From the NCBI GenBank assembly GCA_965112735.1, contig OZ218961.1:1736001-1800000 (forward strand): a stretch of 64,000 nucleotides of DNA, given 5' to 3'. Source of the DNA: Phaeosaccion multiseriatum (taxonomy: Eukaryota > Protista > Ochrophyta, other classes). The notes under the pieces were generated by a model that ran no database searches, was not told the origin of the DNA, and saw nothing but the letters and a program-made list of their open reading frames with translations. Made by a program: the position numbers and the translations under genes. Below, piece after piece: positions 56,201 through 64,000 of the stretch. Each line of letters opens with the position of its first letter. The stretch's first letter is position 1.

Positions 56201-59200
56201 CGTGTATGTGCATGTGTGTGTGCGTGCGCGAGGGTTAGAAAGAGACATCTCTCTCTCAGTCTCTCTCCCTCTCCCTCTCCCTCTCCTTTTGTCCCTCTCT
56301 ATCCCCCCCCCCCCCCTCTGTGGAAAAAGAAAGGAGGCCAAAGCCGAAGCCAAGCAGTAGCGCCCCGCGGCGGCAGTCCTTGCCCGTATACCAGTACGCC
56401 CCATATGCCTGTTACATGCCTATTATATGCCTTCATAAGCCTTCATATGCCTTCATATCCCTGCCCCATATGCCTGCCCCATATGCCTGCCTGCCCCCAT
56501 CTTACTTACCTGCATGAGGTAGCTCTTGCCCAGCCCAGGGAGTCCCTCTATGCAAACAAGCCCCCCCCCCTCGCCTCTGCTCAGGCATTCCACACGCCGC
56601 GTTGCGCCCTCCGCCACGTTAGCGCCGCTGATACTCAGCCGCTGTGGGCACAGGGGAGGGAGGGAAGAGGAAGTGTGAGGGAAAGGGAGCAGGCCTGATG
56701 TGCGTGTGTGCGTGTGTGTGTGTATGTGTGTGTGTGTGTGTGTGCGTGCGTGAGTGTGTGCGTGTGTGTGCGCGTGTGTGTACCACCCCGCATCCACTGC
56801 CATCCTCTCACCTGGATCATCTCCAAGTTTCCCGCCATGAGCACTTCGTACCCTCCCGCCTTGGGCCCGAGGGGGATGAAGCAGCGGATCACCTCCTCCT
56901 TGTTCTTCACCTGAGGAGTGTCAGGACAGAAGGGCACTAATCAGAGGTGTCAGGACAGAGGAGGGCATCCATCTTGGAATGGAGCGTTTGTAGGAGCTCT
57001 CCCTCTCTCTCTATGACCCGTAAAAAGCGCTTCTCAAAACACTGAGTATCAAACCCTCCCCCCCTTGCGAGTCAATCTATAAACTGCACAACTGAAACTT
57101 CGCGAACTCACCTTGATCTGATCCCAGTACTCAAACTCAATGCGGAACTTTGCGTTCTCGTAGCTGCTCTCTGCGACCAGAATCATTCCGGTGCTTTGGC
57201 TGCCGTCGCTGTCAACCTTTTCCGTCCCCCCCCCGCTCTGGCCGCCCTCGCTCTCTCTTCCTTCAAGAGTTGGTGATATGGCGTTGGCCTTGGCGGCTGC
57301 TGCCTTCTTGCCCTTGTCGGAGGCGGTTGCCATGAGGCGCTGAATAGGGGAGAGAAGGAAATGATAGGGGAGTGGGGGGGATGGGAGGGGAGGGATGGCG
57401 CGGGGATGGTGAGGGCGGGGGCGCGCGGGAGGAGCAATCCATCTGCCTGCACGAGTGTGTCCAACAGCACTCGGAGGTCACACAGTGCCCAAGGCCTGGA
57501 TGGAGGTCCTCCCTTCCTTCCTCCCTTCCTCCGTCCCTTCCTTCGTCCCTTCTCCTCCTCTTTCCCCCGCCTTCCCTCCTTCCCTCCTTCCCTTCCTCCG
57601 TCCCTTCCTTCGTCCCTTCTCCTCCTCTTTCCCCCGCCTTCCCTCCTTCCCTCCTTCCCTCCCTCCCTCCCTCCCTCCCTCCCTCCCTCCCTCCCTCCCT
57701 CCCTCCCTCCCTCCCTCCCTCCCTCCCTCCCTCCCTCCCTCCCTCCCTCCCTCCCTCCCTCCCTCCCTCCCTCCCTCCCTCCCTCCCTCCCTCCCTCCCT
57801 CCCTCCCTCCCTCCCTCCCTCCCTCCCTCCCTCCCTCCCTCCCTCCCTCCCTCCCTCCCTCCCTCCCTCCCTCCCTCACTCACCGCGGCCGTGTTGACAG
57901 CATCCCCCACCATGGCAAGCTCTCTCCTCGAAGTCCCTACACTTGCCGTGAAGACCATGCCTGTGCTGACCCCCGAGTAGGCCTCACATTGCGCCTCTCT
58001 CCTCAACACATCCCCCATCTCCAGGGCTGCAAGACAGGCTTTCTCGGGTTGGTTGTCACCCGACGAAGGAGGCACCCCTGTCAAGGGAAGGGGGGGGGGG
58101 GGGGAAGAGGGGAGGGGAGGGGAGGGGAGTGGAGTCGAGTGGAGTGGAGTGGAGTGGAGGGGAGTGGAGGGGAGGAGAGGAGAGGAGAGGAGAGAGGAGA
58201 GGAGAGGAGAGAGGAGAGGAGAGGAGAGGAGAGGAGGGGAGTCATGCACCGCGTAGTCTCTCTCAACAGACTCAAAGCAGCAAGAAGCGAATGGATATCA
58301 ATGTTCCACACTCGACTTTGGCACACAGGGTATCGACGTCGATTCGATTCTACACAGTAACTCAACTTGGACACACAGAACCGATATGTTCGACCCTTGA
58401 AGTGCTACCTGCTGCCGGCCAATGGCCAGTAGCATACTACCGAAAGTACGTCTACGTCGGTAGCACTTCAGGGGTCGAGTATGTACATATATTACTTGAC
58501 GTATGACTAAGTACATACCCAATGCGGCCATGAGAACGAGTCCCTTGTCGTCAACGGTGAACTCCTTTATGACTCCATCGAACTTGTGCAGCACCTCCTG
58601 CATCAGCCCGAACATGGTCTGTAACTGGAGCAGGAAGCCTGAAGGGAAGGAGGAGGAGGAGGAGGAGGAGGAGGAGGAGGAGGAGGGGAGGAGAAAAGGA
58701 AGGAGGAGGAGGAGGAGGAGGAGGAGGAGGAGGAGGAGGAGGAGGAGGAGGAGGAGGAGGAGGAGGAGGAGGAGGAGGAGGTGGAGGAGGAGGAGGTGGA
58801 GGAGGAGGAGGAGGAGGAGGGAGAGAGAGAGGGAGCCCGAGCGAGAGCGAGGGAGGGAGAGAGCAGGAGAGTGGGAGGAAGTGAGCGTGTGTGTTTGTGT
58901 GTCCTTTTGTACCCACTCTACCTGACACCTGACACCTGACACCTGACACCTGACACCTGACACCTGACACCTGACACCTGACACCTGACATCTGACACCT
59001 GACACCTGACACCTGACACTTGACCCTTACACCTGACCCCTGACACCTGACACCTGGCAACTGACAGATGATACCTGACACCTGACACCTGACAACTGAC
59101 ACATGATACCTGACACCTGACACCTGACACCTGACACCTGACACCTGACACCTGACACCTGACACCTGACACCTGACACCTGACACCTGACACCTGACAC

Positions 59201-62056
59201 CTGACACGCACCATCGCTGCCTTCCCTGGCCATGAGCTTTGTCTTGTCCACATCCACCTTCACGAAGAGCATGGTGACTCTCTGAATGTAACTGAACCAT
59301 CCACTGCCTTCTGCCTCGCAGGCGTGCAGCACACAGCTGGGCACGAAGGTGCGAAGCGTCTCCACGTCATCGGCCTTGGAGAGATAGAGGGAGGGAGGGA
59401 GGGAGAGGCAGAAGAGAGAGAGAGAGTGAATGAAAGAGGGAGATGGAGGGAGAAAGAGAGCGAGACAGAGGTAGAGAGAGGTCCGAGAGAGGGAGAGAGA
59501 GATGGAAGGACGAGAGGGGAGAGGAAGAAGGACAGAGAGAAGGAGAGGAGAGAAGGACAGCGAGAATGAGAGGAAAGAGGGAGAGAGATTGTCAGCCTCC
59601 TTCGAGTCAGCCCAGATGCAGACAGACACATGCATGCATATGTATGCCTTTTGCCTTACCTTGTCGAGGAGACGTTCTCTGGCCAGGTACATATGCTTAG
59701 CTTCCTGCAGCCCGAGGAGGGCACCCCCGTTACCGCCGCCTCCACAGTACTCCAGCTTGTAGTGCTGCTGCCGTATTACCAACTGCTGCGGCTGGACTTG
59801 CTTGTCTTCACCGTCGCTGCCATCGGTGACTCCTCCGCCTATCCCCGCCACAGCTCCTCCTCCTCCACTTGTCTCCTGCCCTGCCCCCTCCTCCGCGCCG
59901 CGCCCTGCCACTACTGCTGCTGCTACTGCCGCCGCTGCTGCTGCCACTGCTACCACTCCTCCTCCTGCTCCTCCTCCTACTGCTGCTGCCACTGACGCCA
60001 CCGCCGGGCCCTCCTCCCCCATGTCAACGGGCTCACTGATCCACTCCCTGCGATGTCCGCTGTCCTTAATGGCGTCCCACACCCTTTGACTCACCACCAC
60101 CTCGCCCTTCTCTCCGTGTCCGAGCAACCCGTCGAGTTGTGCGAAGCTCTCTCCCGTGACTACGTATTGCCAACCGAAGTCCTTACTACCAAGGACCATG
60201 AAGTTGACAGACCCCATGTCCAGCCCTACTCAGATGGATGGGATGGGACGGCACAGGACGTGCAACAAGGCAAAGTACGGGGTGGGTGGGTGAGTCCCCC
60301 CCATCTTGCCCTAAACTGTACCGACCGAGGCATTTCCCCACCATCGCACAAAGGAGGAAAGGAAAGGAAATCGGCCATACAATGATGCATCGATTATCGT
60401 ACTCGTCAGCGTTGACACTCCGTTGAAAGTCCGTTGACAACTCCGTTAACTCCCTTGCCAGTCAGTCACAAATGGCTTGTCCACTCACCAACTCGGAGGT
60501 GTGTGGTCTTTCCGTGGTGCTGCCTCCCGTCGAGGCGCTGCACGCTGGACACGGCACACGTTGCTGCCGAGTGGACCACCTTTGAGAGCATAAGAGCAGA
60601 GGAGATACAGGCATATGAGAGAGGAAAGATGTCAGGCGCTACATCCCTTCCAGTCTTGTTCCGCCGCGCCATCGATGTACACACCCGCCCCCCCTCCCCC
60701 GAGTTCATTTCCCTTCTCTTCTCTCCTTCTCATTCATGCGAACCCGCTGGTTTGCCCCCCTCCCTGAGTTCATATCCCCCGGGCTCATCACCTACCTGGG
60801 CCATCTTGTCGGGGTCGTCCTTCTCCATAGGGAAGAATGCGATAAGAGCGTCCCCTGCCAGACGAATGATGTCTCCCCCCCCGTCTACAATGAGGTCCAT
60901 TAGCTCCTGGAAGAAGTCTCCGATAATGTACCTGTGCAGCAGTTGGTGATACGGGAGCAGGGTAGGCGTACGCAGCGTGAATGGTGCGCGGACTTGAACT
61001 GGGGAAAAGGGGAATTTGATAAAAGCAGAAGAAAAGATGTCAGAGTGGGGGAGGAGAGGGAGAGGTCCACACACACAGAGGAACAGTGGCCCCGCACAGC
61101 GCACAGCTCACAGCGCACAGCTACTACGACCCCACGCCCCCCTACCTAAGCGTCTCCGTGCCCCCCCTGGCGAGTACGTCTGTGAATTGACTCTTGATGA
61201 TCTTGTATGCCATGGCATCTCGGTGACCGCTGCCCCCGCCCTTGCCCCCCGGCCCGTGCGACCCCATGCTGAGGGCTTGTCGGTGGTGTGTGTGCCCGCG
61301 GTGGCGCCCCTGTCCTCCCTGCCGCATCGTGGGGCTACTCTTGCCCTCACCCTCCGTACCACTTGGAGCAGTAGTAGCAGCAGCAGTAGCGGTGGCAGCA
61401 GCGTCGCCGCCCTCTCCTCCTCCACCTGGTGCCTTTCGAGGAGGCGAAGGACTGCCTCGGCCCGGGCCCGTGGAAGCGGAGCCCCCCTGACTGCTTCTGG
61501 GCTCGTCGCCGCTGCCAGCGCTGGCCGTACTATCTCCACTACCCCTTCTGCTTGCACTGGGGCTAACGTCCTTGCCCTCCGAAGTGGTGGTGAAGAAGAG
61601 ATTGCCCATGTTCTCGTCTCTATTGAGCTCCTCCGCCATCCTCGTAAAGCCGCACAGGTCAAATATGGCAATCATGCCGTACGTGTTTTCTCTCGACGCG
61701 GTCTGCCAGCAGCCGCCCCCCCCGGAATCGACGCCGGCACAGCTGTTCTCAGCACTCAGAGCGTTAAGCTTGCGCAGGAGGATGTCCGGGATGTAGCTGG
61801 CAAGGTTGCGCACCCGTGACTGCTCGGAGGAAGCATGAGGGAGGGTCGGCCGCCGCTTGCCATCCCCATCTCCGGCAGTTGAGCTGGAAGCTACTGCAGG
61901 AGCCGCTGCGGGCCCGAGAGGGGGACGGAGGGTTGTCGTCATTGCCCCTCCCCTTGGCGGGACAAGATTGAGTCCTCCTGCTCCTCCTCCTGTTTCTTCG
62001 CCTCCCACGCTCCTTCTTTCTCCTGCTCTACCCGCACTCTCTTGATCCTCAGGCAT
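47600..62056 (-). CDS. Soluble class III nucleotide cyclase (ADCY10/sGC-like): two cyclase domains + P-loop NTPase + long low-complexity regions; many exons; 3' end approximate
   Basis: LASYIP, FDLCGFT, GGDIIRLAGDA, HLRVGLDMG, GEVVVS, LRTFVP, RVTMLF, VDDKG, GVSTG, VGDAVNTAA|RLM, VKNK, IEGLPGLGKS. Confidence 0.88.
48493..48845. repeat. (CTTC)n/(CCCT)n microsatellite, intronic
   Basis: Direct inspection. Confidence 0.95.
51951..52735. repeat. ~780-bp (CACT)n microsatellite, intronic
   Basis: Direct inspection. Confidence 0.97.
55778..55858. repeat. 12-bp tandem repeat CAGACTGCCTGA x~6.5 (SLSG repeats on the minus strand)
   Basis: Direct inspection. Confidence 0.9.
57657..57876. repeat. (CCCT)n microsatellite, intronic
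   Basis: Direct inspection. Confidence 0.95.
58919..59206. repeat. 7-bp tandem repeat (ACACCTG)n, ~40 units, intronic
   Basis: Direct inspection; degenerate centre. Confidence 0.95.
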
Positions 62057-62635
62057 ATTTCCTCGCCATCAATTGTGTCGGGAGCTGTTCTGCTGCAATT
62101 AAATGCCTCACTCCATTCAAGACGCGTCTCCTTTCTACTCGGAAATCAGCAGCAAAGCATCACGCTATTCCCCCCTGCTTCCGGGTGGTCCTCTTGTGTG
62201 CCTTGTGTGGTCCTCTTGTGTATTAACCCCTTCTGCTGCCAGTGGCCGTGGCTTTGCTGTTCGCACGAGCGCACAGGTAGGAGTTGTTTTTTTTTTGCAG
62301 GGTGCCGCCGATTCTCAGATTTTGACGGGGAAATCGAAACGCCGATGGCACCAGATGTGTGCCGAACGAGGAGGGGGGGCACGGAAACCAAAGAATGAAA
62401 TCGATTTTACAATCTTAAGGATTTCTTAATTTGGGGGAGCCAGGCCTGATCACTGAGTATGGTCGGCGCATACCACAGTCATGTCCAGGGCCGACGGCAG
62501 AGCTTGCTTCCTCCGACTCGCCTCCAGCCATCACGTCTGCCCTTCCCTCCCCTCACTCACTCACGCACTCCCTCCCTCCCTTCCACCTTTACTCTCTCAT
62601 CACTCATTGACTGACTCACTCCCTCCCTCCCTCCC

Positions 62636-64000
<1,365 letters not shown>

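Noticed and set aside
58919-59206. Possible CRISPR array or interstitial telomere
   Set aside because: No spacers and no cas genes; eukaryotic context; unit is not a TTAGGG-type repeat

Overview
Eukaryotic nuclear DNA: GC-rich, intron-rich (GT-AG, one GC-AG) and loaded with microsatellites. Most likely a flagellated photosynthetic stramenopile (ochrophyte), since several proteins carry signal peptide + Phe-type plastid-targeting leaders and CFAP91 is present. About 20 multi-exon or single-exon genes can be reconstructed by eye: RhaT-like transporter (partial), CFAP91, patatin, VOC/glyoxalase with a Tat leader, trypsin-fold protein with Cys nucleophile, GyrB, F-box-like/Kelch, RGS, CBM20-TPS/TPP, a hypothetical protein, ankyrin-like protein, GPR89, plastid GNAT-like protein, UBC6-type E2, DNAJC21, RCF2/HIG1-like, secreted DUF5602-like, HisIE (His4-type without HisD), a very large sAC/sGC-type cyclase, and a partial fusion gene. 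The best candidate for an undescribed system is that last gene (62636->64000), which fuses a BtuF-like substrate-binding domain, a DUF5522-like Cys motif and a Dph6-like PP-loop ATPase. Other notable items: cyclase specificity residues that look guanylyl rather than adenylyl, an inverted deleted gene copy able to form a hairpin, a signal-peptide-bearing E2 (SELMA candidate), an intronic MITE, a non-LTR retrotransposon relic and a perfect 50-bp palindrome. All family calls come from motif recognition and were not searched against databases; exon boundaries are manual.
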